NCBI RefSeq assembly: GCF_001194135.2
Contig: NC_068984.1
Location: forward strand, 32,237,978 to 32,301,977
Reading direction: 5' to 3'
DNA: 64,000 bases
Source of the DNA: Octopus bimaculoides
Taxonomy: Eukaryota
Part shown: in pieces, positions 1 through 13,315 of the stretch
Layout: each line of letters begins with the position of its first letter
How positions within the stretch are numbered: the first letter of the stretch is position 1
The notes under the pieces: model-generated
The model's input: only the letters and a program-made list of their open reading frames with translations
Database searches by the model: none
Told to the model about the DNA's origin: nothing
Made by a program: the position numbers and the translations under genes

Positions 1-183
1 GCGGGTGACACGTAAAAGCACCCACTACACTCTCTGAGTGGTTGGCGTTAGGAAGGGCATCCAGCTGTAGAAACTCTGCCAAATCAGACTGGAGCCTGGT
101 GTTGCCATCCGGTTTCACCAGTCCTCAGTCAAATCGTCCAACCCATGCTAGCATGGAAAGCGGACGTTAAACGATGATGATGA
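1..183 (+). mobile_element. 3' tail of RTE-type LINE (or its short non-autonomous derivative) ending in (GAT)n
   Basis: Sequence ...ggcgttaggaagggcatccagc...caacccatgctagcatggaaagcggacgttaaacgatgatgat. The same tail follows the RTE RT C-terminus at 27790-28095 and recurs at 58536-58720. Confidence 0.8.
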
Positions 184-756
184 TATATGCATATATACGA
201 ACACACACACATGCACGCACACATACAAACATACACACACAATTATATCAGTGTATGTATTGAAGTAGCCAATGTATGAAGTAATGCTTTGACACCAATA
301 GTTACATGAAAGATTTATAGAAAGAACCAATCAATAGACAATATGAAAACAGCAGCCTTCCATGAAAGTACACCAACTTGTACCAGATCACAAGTTGGTG
401 TACTTTTGTGAGCAGTTACTGCTCTTTTATTGTCTAAAGATTGATTGGTTTTCTTAACTCTATCATGAAACTATTAGTTTATGCAATGACAAATATATAG
501 CAAAATATGTGCGTGCATGTATGTATGTATGTATGTATGCATGTATGTACGTATGCATGTATGTATATGTTGTCAAAATAAAAGAAAATAGCAAATAGCT
601 CCAAGTTTCAAATATGATTGATGTATTTGTGCACAAAGCAAGAAGTACTTGGTTTCTACTAAAATGACTCCTTTGAATTGAATACCCCCCCCCCCAATGT
701 AGAGCATCCACACTCAAACTTATACATAATCACTGTGAATATATGTGTTCATATAC

Positions 757-820
<64 letters not shown>

Positions 821-1531
821 GCATACGCACACACATAGGTGCGTATTTGTGTGAAGTGTTTGTGCTTTATGTGTATGTGTGTGTTTAATCATATAGAATC
901 TATTCTTGTGTTTTTTTTCCCTCTCTCACATTTTCTCTTTCTGTCAGTGGCACAAGTGAACACATTTTTTGCAGCCTATGATCTACTTTTATCTAGACTT
1001 TTACAACTAGACTCTAAATGAATAGAATGTATGCTAAATACTTTCCTTGTTCATCTTTTTATATCAACTGAAATAGTTATACAAGTGCTTTAGCTTAAAT
1101 GAACTATTAGTTAAATTGCATTCAATACTTTGCAATAATGCATTTTAGCTTTTAATGTATACAACATATTTGCTGGTAGAATAAACATTTTCCCTGTTCA
1201 AAATAAATGAAATTGGGATATACGGGATAAAGAAATCTATTTCAGTCTGTGTGTTAAGATGACACCTCCTTTTTAACAGGCAATATTCGTCTTAATTTCA
1301 GAATCTAAAGCCAAAATTCTATACTTCTGTCTTTATATTTAGGCTACAATGTGGAAAATACATGTTTTTGGATTTAGTAATCCATCACAAAGATTGTTCC
1401 TGTAATGGCACAACATTATCACAAACTATGTCATACTAATTCTACTTCAAAATTATCTTAAGGTACATATATCCATCCATCCATCCATCCATCTGTCTGT
1501 CTGTCTGTCTGCCTCTCTCTCTCTCTCTCTC

Positions 1532-1572
<41 letters not shown>

Positions 1573-1574
<2 letters not shown>

Positions 1575-1750
1575 TCTTTCACATGTTTCAGTCATTTGAC
1601 TGTGGCCATCCTGGAGCACCACCTTTAGTCAAGCAAATCGATCCCAGGTCTTATTCTTTGTAAGCCTAGTACTTATTCTATCAGTGTCTTTTGTAAATAC
1701 ACCAGCATCGGTTGTCAAGTGATGTTGGGCGGACAAACACAGACACACAA

Positions 1751-1781
<31 letters not shown>

Positions 1782-1953
1782 CATATACATATACATACAA
1801 CGGGCTTCTTTCAGTTTCCATCTACCAAATCCACTCGTAAGGCTTTGGTTGGCCTGAGGCTATAGTAAAAGACACTTGCCCAAGATGCCACACAGTGGGA
1901 CTGAACTAGGAACCATGTGGTTGGTAAGCAAGCTACTTACCACATAAGCATTC
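1573..1953 (-). mobile_element. tRNA-derived CORE-type SINE (OR-like family)
   Basis: Reverse-complement copy of the element seen intact at 12535-12966: tRNA-like head, ccttgggcaagtgtcttctactatagcc core, internal TA/CA microsatellite, ...cagtcaaatgactgaaaca tail. Confidence 0.85.
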
Positions 1954-2555
1954 CTTATATATATATACAAATACATATGGTAAATGAAGGAGGGAAGATG
2001 AAAGATATGAGATTACTTTTCTTTCTGTGTTGCATCTTCATTTCTTTTTTGCATCTGTTACTTTATTTTTGATCTTCTATATAAATGAGAATATATTCCC
2101 TTTGTTTGCTGCTTTTCTTTACACGAAAAGAGAAGAGACATTGCAGAACTGTTATTTTAACAAGTTATATCTGTCTATCACCCGAAGAGACACATCTGCA
2201 CCGCTGGATGCTCCTGAACCAGTTGTTAAGTATCCCACCCATGAGTGATTGATACTAGATATGTTGTAACAATTGTAATGATTCACAAAAATTCTCATAT
2301 CTTCCTTCTTTGGTCTTTCTTTTACCATATACATAACAAACAGTGTGAAAGTGACTGTGCTTTACCAGTAAGTTACCAGGTATAAACTACTCATCTTTGG
2401 AATATTTTAATATATTTATGTATGTTCACATCTGTATATTTTTAAACGTATCAGTTACCCTGTATACTTTTAATGTATTTATATATTTATATATTTTTAA
2501 TATATCTATATATTTATATATTTGAAATGTATCTATGCATTTTAATATATTCTTT

Positions 2556-3149
2556 GCTTACCAACCACATGGTTCTTGGTTCATTCCCACTGCATGAGCA
2601 AATGTCTTCTACTATAGCCTTGGTCTAACCAAGGCTTGTAAGTGGATTTGGCAGACAGAAACTGAAAGAAGCCTGTTGTATATATGTGTGTTATTTCTTT
2701 ACTACCCACAAGGGGCTATACACAGAGGGGACAAACAAGGGTAGACAAACGGATTAAGTCGATTATACCGACCCCAGTGCGTAACTGGTACTTATTTAAT
2801 CGACCCCGAAAGGATGAAAGGCAAAGTCGACCTCGACGGAATTTGAACTCAGAACGTAGCGGCAGACGAAATACCGCTAAGCATTTCGCCCGGTGTGCTA
2901 ACGTTTCTGCCAGCTCGCCGCCTATGTTGTATATATGTGTGTGTGCGTGTTTGTCCCCTCAAACATCGCTTGACAACCGATGCTGGTGTATCTATGTCTC
3001 CATAACTTAGCGGTTCAGCAAAAGAGACCAATCGAATAAGTACTAGGCTTACAAAGAAAAAGTCGTGGAGTCAACTTGCTCAACTAAAGGCGGTGCTCCA
3101 GCATGGCTGCAGTCAAATGACTGAAACAAGTAAAAGAATAAAAGAATAA
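2556..3149 (+). mobile_element. OR-like SINE interrupted by a second SINE
   Basis: 5' half 2556-2691 and 3' half 2925-3149 match the 12535-12966 element on either side of the 2692-2924 insert. Confidence 0.85.
2692..2924 (-). mobile_element. tRNA-derived SINE of a second family (OK-like, with a Deu/Nin-like central domain)
   Basis: On the minus strand: ggcggcgagctggcagaaacgttagc... B-box GAGTTCAAATTCC, then cctttcatcctttcggggtcgattaaataagtaccag. Flanked by an 18 bp TSD tgttgtatatatgtgtgt (2674-2691, 2925-2942). Confidence 0.9.
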
Positions 3150-4998
3150 TTATTATGTATGTGCTTCTGGTGATTCTTCCATATCAATTTTATTGATGAA
3201 AGTGACTTGGATTATTATTTGTGAACGGAATTATCTGGAGTTATCCTCACTTATATATATTTATTCAAGACATATGCATTCTCAAACTCTCTCTTACTCA
3301 CACACATACAGACACACACACACACTCACACATACTCTCTCATTCACACACGCACACACTTGTATGACATCAGTCTCTCAATTCCTGATAGATTTGCTTG
3401 GGTGCAATCATGTTAAATGTAGACCTTTCTAAATTAGAATAATCCAGAACTATTGTTTCTTACTTAAAAATTTAATAAAGTTTGACTTCATCTTAGACAT
3501 GTTCTATAAATATTTTACTGGCATATAGAAGCCAATTCATATTGAGAAGTTAAGAGAAATCTTGGTGGAATCAAAAGTGTTGCAGACAACTGGCTTCATA
3601 AATGGCAGTTCTTATCCTGACATGGGTGCAGCACAAGATCCATAGTCCTGATACTTTACTTCTGATGGTTAGCATATGAATCTAAAACTATATATATCAC
3701 TGTGTTGAGCCATTCATTGCTATAAACATTGGCAGTGGTGAAGACACAACATACATATACATTTATAATTTATTCAATCTATTATCAAGATAGTATCAGT
3801 CTGCTATCAGGATATTCTGAATCTTCTGTGGGCCAGCATGTCAGATATCCCCTTGATACAGACCTATTCATATTGCATTACCTAGCAATTTTGATTTCTA
3901 GGGATATAGAACAAGTGATGGTGCATATATTATCTGGATTTTCTATGTAAATTGGAGTCATGAGAGACATCAGATTAAACAGCATCAGCGAAACAAGCAA
4001 CAGAGAATAGAGTTAGATAAATTCTATTGCAAAGTGATGATGCTTAGTGTTGATCTAGGGCTTTAATAAAAGTACAATAATATATGGCATATATGACAAT
4101 TTTTCTTTGATGTGATCAGATCTAATAAGAAATCATTGTAAGGCCAAATTTGATCATTGCATTTCTTTAATAACAAATTAACAATATAATAGATTTTGGT
4201 TACACATAAGTTCAGTTAAAATCAAATATGCATCACTAACAGTATGAATTTTAATATATTACTAATGTACACATCATCCACTTATTACTAGATGAAAGTC
4301 TTAAAACATATCATGTTTCAGTTTATTTTGTGTATTGAAATCATAAATGATGCTGGAAATGTTGCAATTTTGTTTTTTGTCCTATATCTAAATTACTCTA
4401 TTGCAAAAGAATAAGTTATATACAATGAACAAAGTGATTTATTTCAAGTGTAGTTATTTCACTTAACTATATTCTAAATAGTTTCGAAGCATTCATAAAA
4501 CATTTCTGCATTTATGTTCTTTTTGTTCATTTTACTTGTTTTTTTTGTATTAAATATTTCTTCATTTAATTTTTGGTTCCTTTCTGTTTAGTTCTGATTT
4601 GTTCTGAGACAGGGGATTTGTTTGTAATGTTATACAATTGCTAATGTAATAAAAAAAAATTAAATAGAATAAAACAAACTACAAAAAACAGAATTCAAAA
4701 TAATCCAGTTCCTCTTCAATATTGGCATTAATGCCGTGGAGATAAGTGTTGAAATTTGCATTGACAGGTTTGTTTCGCTTCAAGCTGATTATTTCAATGT
4801 GCTGCTAGTAAATAGACAAAGAACAGCAATACTAAATACTAAGGAATAGTTTCCTAATGTCTGAATTCTATATTTACCAAAGTGTTTTGTAATGGGTGAA
4901 AATAAAACAATCAATCAAAAGAAAATTTAAACATGAATGAAAAATAAAGAATTTCAATGTAAAAATAAATTTGATGTAAAAAAAAAAACATTTCAAAA

Positions 4999-5008
4999 NN
5001 NNNNNNNN
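4999..5008. other. assembly gap (10 N)
   Basis: Run of N. Confidence 1.
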
Positions 5009-5179
5009 AACAACAAACGCACCGAAATGCTTTCAAATTGAAATATTAGAATTATTCTATGAAGTGAGCAGGCATTTTCCAATTGAAGAACTATTGTGAC
5101 AAGGCATAAATAAGTATTATGCCTGGGGTGTATTTGTCTACTTTGAAGAAAATTTACATTTTCTAATTTACCATTAATA

Positions 5180-5228
5180 AAAGAAACAAATAACAACAAC
5201 AACAATGATGATAATTTGGGTGGTGGTG

Positions 5229-5260
<32 letters not shown>

Positions 5261-5335
5261 GGTGTTGGTGCTGATGGTGTTGATGGTAATAGTAGTAGCA
5301 GTGCAGATGGTTGTGCTGGTTCTCATTAACCTTTA
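5180..5335. repeat. trinucleotide microsatellite block (AAC/GAT/GGT/GTT/AGT)
   Basis: Visible tandem triplets. Confidence 0.9.
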
Positions 5336-6009
5336 ATCAAGATCTTTTCTAGGGACACCTTCAGAATACTAAACAGAATTCATAAAAAGAAATCAAGAAA
5401 AAGAGCAAATTTTTTGCTCTCTAACTTAGAAATATATCTATATGCACACTAGAATTATATATACAAATATATATATCTGTATGCACACTGCACAAACATA
5501 AATTTTTCTATTTAAATATCCAATAATTTAATAGTTATATCAGTATCAGGCTGACTTTTGAGACCATTATCATTGATAATACGACTACTACTGCTATTGC
5601 TGCTGCTGCCAACTATATTTTACTGTAGATTGGTTTTGCTATTAGCAAAAGAAATACCACTACCACCATAAACAATAACAACGACGATTACATTGATAGT
5701 AATGTGTCTCACAGAAGCACAAGGGTTGCTATTTCATGGAGTAAGTTTGTTGATTAAATTTACCCCAGTTATTGATTGGTACTTTATTTTATTGACTTTA
5801 ACTCTTGCCATCAAATCCAAACTATGTTATGTGATGCAATGGAATTGTGTGTCGAAGTGGTGCGGTGTAGTGAGCTGCATTATGGTATGGTGTAGGACAG
5901 TGAGGATCAGGACATTGTGTTGTGGTGGAATGTGGGGTGAAATGGTGGGGAGTGGGGTAGTCTACTGTGAAGTGGCGTCACATGTGGCAGAGCAGTGTGA
6001 CATGATGTA

Positions 6010-6545
6010 GCAGTTCCCAGTTGATCTGATCAGCAGAACAGCCTGCTTGAGAAATTAACATGTAAGTGGCTGAGCTCTCAATAAACATGTGTACACATAA
6101 CCCTTTAGCATTTAAACTAGCGAAATCTGGTCAAAATATTCTACTTGTTTTACGTTCAAAGTAGCCAGATCTGACATCTCACACCTACTCTAGAATGTCA
6201 TTTTGAACATAAACAATCACATCACTGAAATCTCAAGGCTACAAGATAATGGAGGATAACAATTCAAGACAATTTGTATAAATAAGTATTACATTTGACA
6301 GAATAATCTGAATACTAAAAGGTGGGTTATTATAGTTCTCAGGGGGGGGGGGGGTCATCAACATGACACAGAATATGACAAGGCCTTCCCTTTGAAATTC
6401 AGGTTCAAATAATCTTTTTCAGTTGAGTGGACTAGAGCAGCTTGAAATAAAGTGTCTTGTTCAAGGACATAATGTGACACCTGTATCAAACTCACAACCT
6501 TATAGTTGTAAGCTAAATATGCTAGCCAGTAAGCCAGACACCTTC
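6010..6545 (-). mobile_element. tRNA-derived SINE of a third family, interrupted by a MITE
   Basis: Contains gtggactagagcagcttgaaataaagtgtcttgttcaaggac and gacaaggccttccctttgaa, as in the copy at 46352-46583. Sits inside a degenerate (TGTGG/TGTAG)n tract (about 5830-6010 and 6560-6665). Confidence 0.75.
6101..6326 (+). mobile_element. piggyBac-like MITE
   Basis: Termini ccctttagcatt...aatactaaaaggtggg with decayed TTAA flanks (ataa/ttat). An inverted second copy lies at 22090-22322. Confidence 0.65.
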
Positions 6546-6774
6546 ATATGGTGTAGCATAACGAAGATTAGAGTAGTGTGATGTGATGTACAGTGGTGAG
6601 GTGCTATACATTGTGTTGTAGTGTGGTGTGCTGTAGTATGATATAGTATTGTGTGGTGTGTAGTTGCTTATTCCACATTAAGCTCATTTTGCACAGATCA
6701 TCCACCATCAGGCTGGAATGTTTTTTGTTTCTTGATAGATCCCCACCATTAATATATATATATCTTAAACTAAG

Positions 6775-6955
6775 GTGGTGGTGAGTTGAGTGGCATTTTG
6801 TCTGTCTTTACATTCTAAGTTCAAATTCAGTTGAGGTCAATTTTGTTTTCTTTTGTGGGGTCAATGAAATAAGTACAAGTTGCACACAGGGACTGATTTA
6901 ATCAACACACTTCTTCCCACCACCAAGATTTCAAGCCTTGTGCATATTGTAGAAA
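6775..6955 (+). mobile_element. decayed OK-like SINE
   Basis: ttctaagttcaaattcagttgaggtcaattttg...ggggtcaatgaaataagtac matches the 2692-2924 family. Confidence 0.65.
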
Positions 6956-8227
6956 GTAATATATTTATCTTTGACTATTTGAAGACTCAGGCCTACTGAA
7001 GAGCAATTTACCAAGAGCAATGCAGGAAAGATAAATTGCAGAGGGAAGTGGTTGATAGTGCTCATCTACAGACAATGCAGCAGCAGTGGCAGTGGCAGTA
7101 GTAGTATTAGTAGTAGTAGTAGTAGTAGTAGTATATGTTTCTATATATGTGATATGTATCTAGATGATTTTATAGGATAGAGTAAAACAAGGGGATGAAT
7201 GAGTTATAAATGATGGGAACATTTTTAATTTTAACTGCAGATAAAAAAATGTTATCTTCGAATTTGAATGCTTTAATCAACCAATTAGTGTACTTGTGTA
7301 ACTTCAGTACACAGCCATAAATTGCTATGAGATGAAGAGATCTTATAACTGAGGAATGGCAAGATAGATTGTTGTGTTAAGTTTAAATCCAATCATGTAC
7401 TTAGATAAGTGAAGGAAAACCATTTCTATATGCCCTCTCTTATACTACAGCATAATGATTAAGTTTCCTGTAATGCATCATTCACCTAATGTTTTACAGA
7501 ATATTTACTCTTAACTGATGCCTATGGAAAAATAGGTACCCAACTCTGCTTGGATTAATCATAACTATTTACTTTGGTGCATTGTCAAACATTTCCATGG
7601 AAGGAGTATTATTGATAAAATTCATCTTCAAAATATGCCTCGCACTTATTTGAAACTGAAGGGATTTCATGCATTGTCAACTGTGACACGAGCAGATCTA
7701 AAAATATTTTATTTCTATATCTAATATTGTCCATGTACTTTTCTTCACAACTATCAAAATGTCCCAAACAACTTAGATACAAATCACAGATGAAGCTGCA
7801 AACAACAAAGCTTCCAAAGACATGATACTGAACGTTACACAGCTCCATGACATAGATGTATAAGGATGCACATTAAACATTTTCCATTAATGTTATCAAG
7901 TAAACTACAACACTTCTAAGTACAAATTAAAAAGTGAGGATTATATTCCAGATACAATACAAGACACTTTAATATTGATTAATCTTATGCTTCTAGAAAA
8001 ATAATGATTTCAGTTCATCTTATGCTTGAAGCAGAGCATAATTTTAGTTTTTGCTCTTGAACATCCGACATAAATTTGCCCTTGAAGGAAAAAGATGTCT
8101 CAAGATTCAAACAAATTAATTTTTAAAAAGTTGTAAGTTGGTATCAGAAAAATAGCCCAACAAATAACTAATTCATTAAATTCCAATGGAAGATCTGATG
8201 AGATTAAAGAATTTCTGAGAATAAATA

Positions 8228-8455
8228 TTGGGTTGTCCGGAAAGTTTGTGCCGATTTATTGTAGCTTACCTTTCGACTTATTTGCCATGAAACCACTTCA
8301 ATTCTGGGAAGAGGGTATTTTCAAGTTAAAGGAAAGATGGAGACGCATTGTGCAATAAAATGGGTTATATTTGCTTGATTAAAAATGTAATGGCAAGTAT
8401 TTATTGACCTTTTCCTTTCCTTTAAAAATCGGCACAAACTTTCCAGACAACCCAA
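8228..8455 (+). mobile_element. mariner internal-deletion derivative (228 bp)
   Basis: About 30 bp TIRs (ttgggttgtccggaaagtttgtgccgattt / aaatcggcacaaactttccagacaacccaa) with TA flanks. The interior encodes the transposase C-terminus FAMKPLQFWEEGIFKLKERWRRIVQ*NGLYLLD*. Confidence 0.9.
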
Positions 8456-10642
8456 TACATCTTCTATAACGTTATATAGAATTCTTCCTTCCCAATAGAC
8501 ATTTTTAAGTATGTGGTAAATTTTACATTTAGTGATATGTTTTACAGTTGTAACATTGAAGAATGTTCAAAGCCATAGCCTTAAATCTTATCATATGTAC
8601 TTTACATAAGATATGTACAACAAACGAACAGATACAATCAATATATTTTACTAATGAACTACATAATATTTAATCTTAGTAGAAGCTATAATTTCTGCAT
8701 GGAAACCAAAAATCCAGTTTTATCTTGTTTTGATAATTATTTCACATAGTTTACATTACGTGGAAATAAGATCAACATTTGAAATTAGATGGGAAAAACA
8801 CTAAAGTAAAGCCAAGTAATATTTTTCCCCTTTCTGTAAGCATCAAACATCAGATTAACAAGTGAATATAATCAATGAGTAAATGTCTCCATTTACATCA
8901 TTATTTCGATTCCCCAGCCTCATTTCAACCTTGATTCATTGGAGCTATGAACAAAAGCATTGAATCTACGATCATCTTGGCTTTGTTCTTAAAGCATTGG
9001 ACATTGAGAGTTACATTATCCTGAAAACATATATATGCATCTCCTTCCATTTTAAGACAAATGGATATGATTTGATGGTGCTTTGGCTGCTGTTTATTGT
9101 GGGTCGAGCATCAACATAGATATTCACTTTTGGTTTATTTTCTGTTTGGTATAATGACAAATAGCAGTCATCTAATCTTATATGAATTCAAGGAATAAAT
9201 AGTGCTCCTTCATACATATACATTGGGACAATAACTCAGTGAGGGAAACTCTCAGGTGTCAGTTGACTAGCTAGAAATACCAACTAAATATCAAATACCC
9301 TGTCATACTTTTTATCTTAAAATAGAAGGAGGTGCATATATATGTTTCCAGGATAATGTAACTCTTGATGTCCAATGCTTTAAGAAGAACATAGTCGAGC
9401 TTAGTTAAAGATACATTAGATAATGTAATCCTGGGTACCACCACAGGAAAATGATAAAAAAGTTGCATATGGAAAATGCTTTTGAATCAATGGCCCTTTC
9501 TGCATGAATGCAAAGTATGCAACATGTGCCTATTACAGAGATATGTGTTGCAAAATATATAAATGAATGCAAATAAGAATTTGGATTGTTACACATCTTT
9601 CGTTTTTATGAGAGATGGTACATACAAGCTATGTGCATGTAATTTTTATCAGTTTTATAGTTTTGATTTTTAAATTTGTAAGCTCTGGTTTAAGAGCAAG
9701 GATTTGCCTTTGCATTGATCGTGGATCTGCTGCATCAGGGAAGATTTGTGAGTAGATAACTAAATTCAGTTCTATTTGAACTACACACACACATACACAC
9801 AAACTGGCACATGTGTACTCACACACATGCATGCACATGCACACACATTTCCTTAACACATTGACTTTATTCTACCACCAAATCTCATGCACCATTTTCC
9901 AGCACTGAACTCTTTTCTCACTCATTCTATCTCAGAAACATATCTGTTCTTATATTTCTCAGCAACTATTTAACTGCAATTATTTAAACTAAATATTACA
10001 CAAGCTAACTTCGTCCAGTTATCTCCATTTTCAAATACAAGGTTTGGGAAAGCACTGCCCATTTTGCGTTATCTATGACATCACTTGGTCTGTTGGAAAT
10101 AGTAGTGAGTTTTCCTTTTAAATTTTCCCCTACTATCTTATAGAAGGAAAATATTGGATAATGTAGTCCTACATGAACTGTAATTGAGGGGAAAACAAGA
10201 TGGGCATGGCCTCAATGATTTTAATTTGTGTTACTAATTAATCAGGAATTATGGATGGCTAAAGAAATCACACTTAGATTATTCTTTGATAATGAAGTTT
10301 GATAAATCCAAAATATTCCCAGTATTTATTGTACAGCTAAATATCATGCCCATTCCTCACTATATTCCACATTTAATTTAAATTCAGGAGATCTCACTTT
10401 GTCTTTTTATTAACTAAAATCAATCATTTAGATAATGGTTTTTCTCATCACAAATATTTTTATTCATCAAAATTTCTTGGGTTACAACATAAAGAAATAA
10501 ACAACCATTTTTCTGTATGATTCTAGTACTTATATTAGTTATCTATTAAATATTGATAATAAACAAATATTCAGTTTCCTCTTTCCTCATTATTATAAAG
10601 CAGTTTACCCAAATTTAGAAGAGACATGGTTAAAATGTAAGT

Positions 10643-10953
10643 TAACCCTTTATTTCTTTTAAAATATTGTTCATCTGTTGCAAAGATATTTTTATTCAAA
10701 TGTAGTTATGTAAGTTTAACTTACACTGAAAGATGTTGTCTAAATGTTTCAATTAAATTTGAAAATAATTACAATATGGAGGATTTCATAAAATTACAAT
10801 CTTTATTCTTATTAAGCTGTTGTTTAGAACATAAAATATTGCTTAAATAAAATTATGATGGATAGTTTTAATTTAAACTAGAACACTATAAAACCATCAG
10901 TTTTGTGTCATGGAACCAAAAGAGATCAGGTGGGTTGGTTCTCAAAAGGGTGA
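10643..10953 (-). mobile_element. piggyBac-like MITE, second family
   Basis: Termini ttaacccttt...aaagggtgaa. Interior resembles the reverse complement of 12310-12534. Confidence 0.55.
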
Positions 10954-12309
10954 AATGGAAAATTTTATTATTTCTGTTAAATTGCTAATTCAATTATGAA
11001 AATAATATCTTTCAATCATTTAAGTACTTAAAAAGTTTTGTTGGACATTTTTGATTTTGTTGTCAAAATTTAAAAATCACCAATTATTAATTTAGTTACA
11101 AGATTCATATTTTCCATACTAAGAACATCTTATTAATCCAAATATATAAAAAGTTTCTCTGTGTTTTTTATTGGGAAAAATTATTATTTTTTTTTTTAAT
11201 TGTTATAGTCCAAAGTTTTGCTAATTTACCATAAAATCTAAATAAAACTGTCGAAAATTTCTGAAATCTATTTTATCTTGTTAGTAAGGAATATAGTTAA
11301 TTGAAAAAGAATCAGTATGTTGCTTATATTATTATATCCACAGAAAAGCAGAGAGAATTTGATCAGGCTCATGTCAATACATAAAATCACAATTAGACTG
11401 CAGTGTTGCCATTTACTGAAACAGCATTTAATGCAAAAGACAACTTTGATTTGTTATAGAAAGAATAAAACACTGGCACAGTCTCTACATCCTCTTATGT
11501 ACACCCTAAATATGAACCAATGAAAAAGTTTGCCTTAGTCATTCAACTAACTAGAAATAGCAGGTGATTTTTCTCAAAACATACCTTCATGCAGTGGTTT
11601 TCAGACATTGTATTGCAAAAAGTATTGTAGTGAAATGACATTTTGTTCTGAACTATCATATTCCTTTTTCCCAAATTTGAACTGCAGCTACTACAAAAGC
11701 ATTCAGCTCATGTCATTGTGGTTCACTAGCCAGATGGACTGGTGAGCTGAAATCTTCCTGCCAAATTGCTTATAAAATGTTCTGGAACTTTGCCTATGGT
11801 ATATTAAAACGTGGGTAAATCAAGAAAGAAAGTTATCAGATCCTACAGGAGGTTATGTAATTTTTCACTATCTTCAAATCTTCAAATATTAATAATGACT
11901 AACAACACCGTACAGAGTTATGGTGGTAATCATTTTGATATTATATATCTCTTTATTGCAGTGATCAAATGTTCTTTTATATATATATATATATATATGT
12001 TAAATGAACAGAATGAAAAATTATACTCAATTTAGTGTGATTTTTGTGAACTGGACATTCAGTACACAAATTTTACAATGGATCATATCTGCGGTAACAA
12101 ATAATAATGGTGCACTTTATTTATTGTCAGTTATTCATAAAGTACATCACAACCACACTAAAGTAACTTGGATGTGCCAACGGTGCTTTTGCTTCTGTTA
12201 ATTTTTAAAATAATGAAGAATATAGTAAAATAACTTTGTCATTATTTATTTAGTGTTAGGAACATTTGCCTGAAATTTTGATAGAAGATATTAATTTAGA
12301 TCAAAAGCA

Positions 12310-12534
12310 TTAGCCCTTTTGATACAATTTGCCAGAAACTGCCCCTGGTCCTATGATACAAACATTCTGTTTTAAAGTGATCTAAATTAAATTTTCATTA
12401 AAATTTCAGATTAATTTATATTCCAAACTCTAGATTAATAATGACAAAGTTATTGTACTAAATTCATTAAATTTGAAAATTAACTGAATCAAAGTTAGTG
12501 TATGTCAAGAGAAATATGGTTACAAAGGGGTTAA
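12310..12534 (+). mobile_element. piggyBac-like MITE, second family
   Basis: Termini ttagcccttttgatac...ggttacaaaggggttaa. A reverse-oriented fragment of a related element abuts it (about 12195-12305). Confidence 0.55.
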
Positions 12535-12701
12535 TAGGCATAGGAGTGGCTGTGTGGTAAGTAGCTTGCTTACCAGCCACATGGTTCCGGGGTCAATCCC
12601 ACTGCGTGGCACCTTGGGCAAGTGTCTTCTACTATAGCCTCGGAGTGACCAAAGCCTTGTGAGTGGATTTGGTAGATGGAAACTGAAAGAAGCTCGTTGT
12701 A

Positions 12702-12738
<37 letters not shown>

Positions 12739-12966
12739 TTGTGTATATGTTTGTGTGTCTGTGTTTGTCCCCCTAACATCGCTTGACAACCGATGCTTGT
12801 GCATTTATGTCCCCATAACTTAGCGGTTCGGCAAAAGAGACTGATAGAATAAGTACTAAGCTTACAAAGCATAAGTCTTGGGGTCGATTTGCTCGACTAA
12901 ATGCAGTGCTCCAGCATGGCCACAGTCAAATGACTGAAACAAGTAAAAGAGTAAAAAAAAAAAGAG
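12535..12966 (+). mobile_element. full-length OR-like CORE-type SINE
   Basis: A-box TGGCTGTGTGG, B-box-like GGGTCAATCCC, core caccttgggcaagtgtcttctactatagcc, internal (TA)n/(TG)n, tail ccagcatggccacagtcaaatgactgaaacaagtaaaagag. Confidence 0.9.
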
Positions 12967-13017
12967 TTTAGCACCTTGAAAAGTGTGTTATTTATAATTT
13001 TATTACTTGTGCAAGGA

Positions 13018-13240
13018 ATTGCTGTGAGCTGGCAGAATCATTAGCACACCAGGCAAAATGCTTAGTAGCATTTCATCCATCTTGAAGTTCTGAGTTCAAA
13101 TTTCCCCGGGGTTGATTTTGCCTGTTATCCTTTCAAGATTGATAAAATAGGTACCAGTTGAAGAGTGGGGTCCATGTAATCGACTAGTTCCCTCCTCCAA
13201 AATTTCAGACATTGTGCTTTTAGTAGAAAGGGTTTTGTGC
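13018..13240 (+). mobile_element. OK-like SINE with alternative 3' tail
   Basis: Head gtgagctggcagaatcattagcacaccaggcaaaatgc...gagttcaaattt. Tail ccctcctccaaaatttcagacattgtgc differs from that of 2692-2924. Confidence 0.75.
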
Positions 13241-13263
13241 AAAGAAAATCTATGTAAGCAATA

Positions 13264-13315
13264 TAATTCGTTTCTAAATTTTTAACTTTAATTCGTTTCT
13301 AAATTTTTAACTTTA
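13264..13315. repeat. perfect 25 bp tandem duplication
   Basis: taattcgtttctaaatttttaactt occurs twice. Confidence 0.95.

Noticed and set aside
7570-7860. Coding-like stretch (DKIHLQNMPRTYLKLKGFH...)
   Set aside because: Interrupted by stops and frameshifts, no splice sites; at best an unassignable old TE relic.
11340-11780. Coding-like stretch with splice-like boundaries
   Set aside because: All frames contain stops between the candidate sites; identity unresolved.
12535-12610. tRNA-like heads of SINE copies as tRNA genes
   Set aside because: No full cloverleaf; they continue into SINE core and tail sequence.
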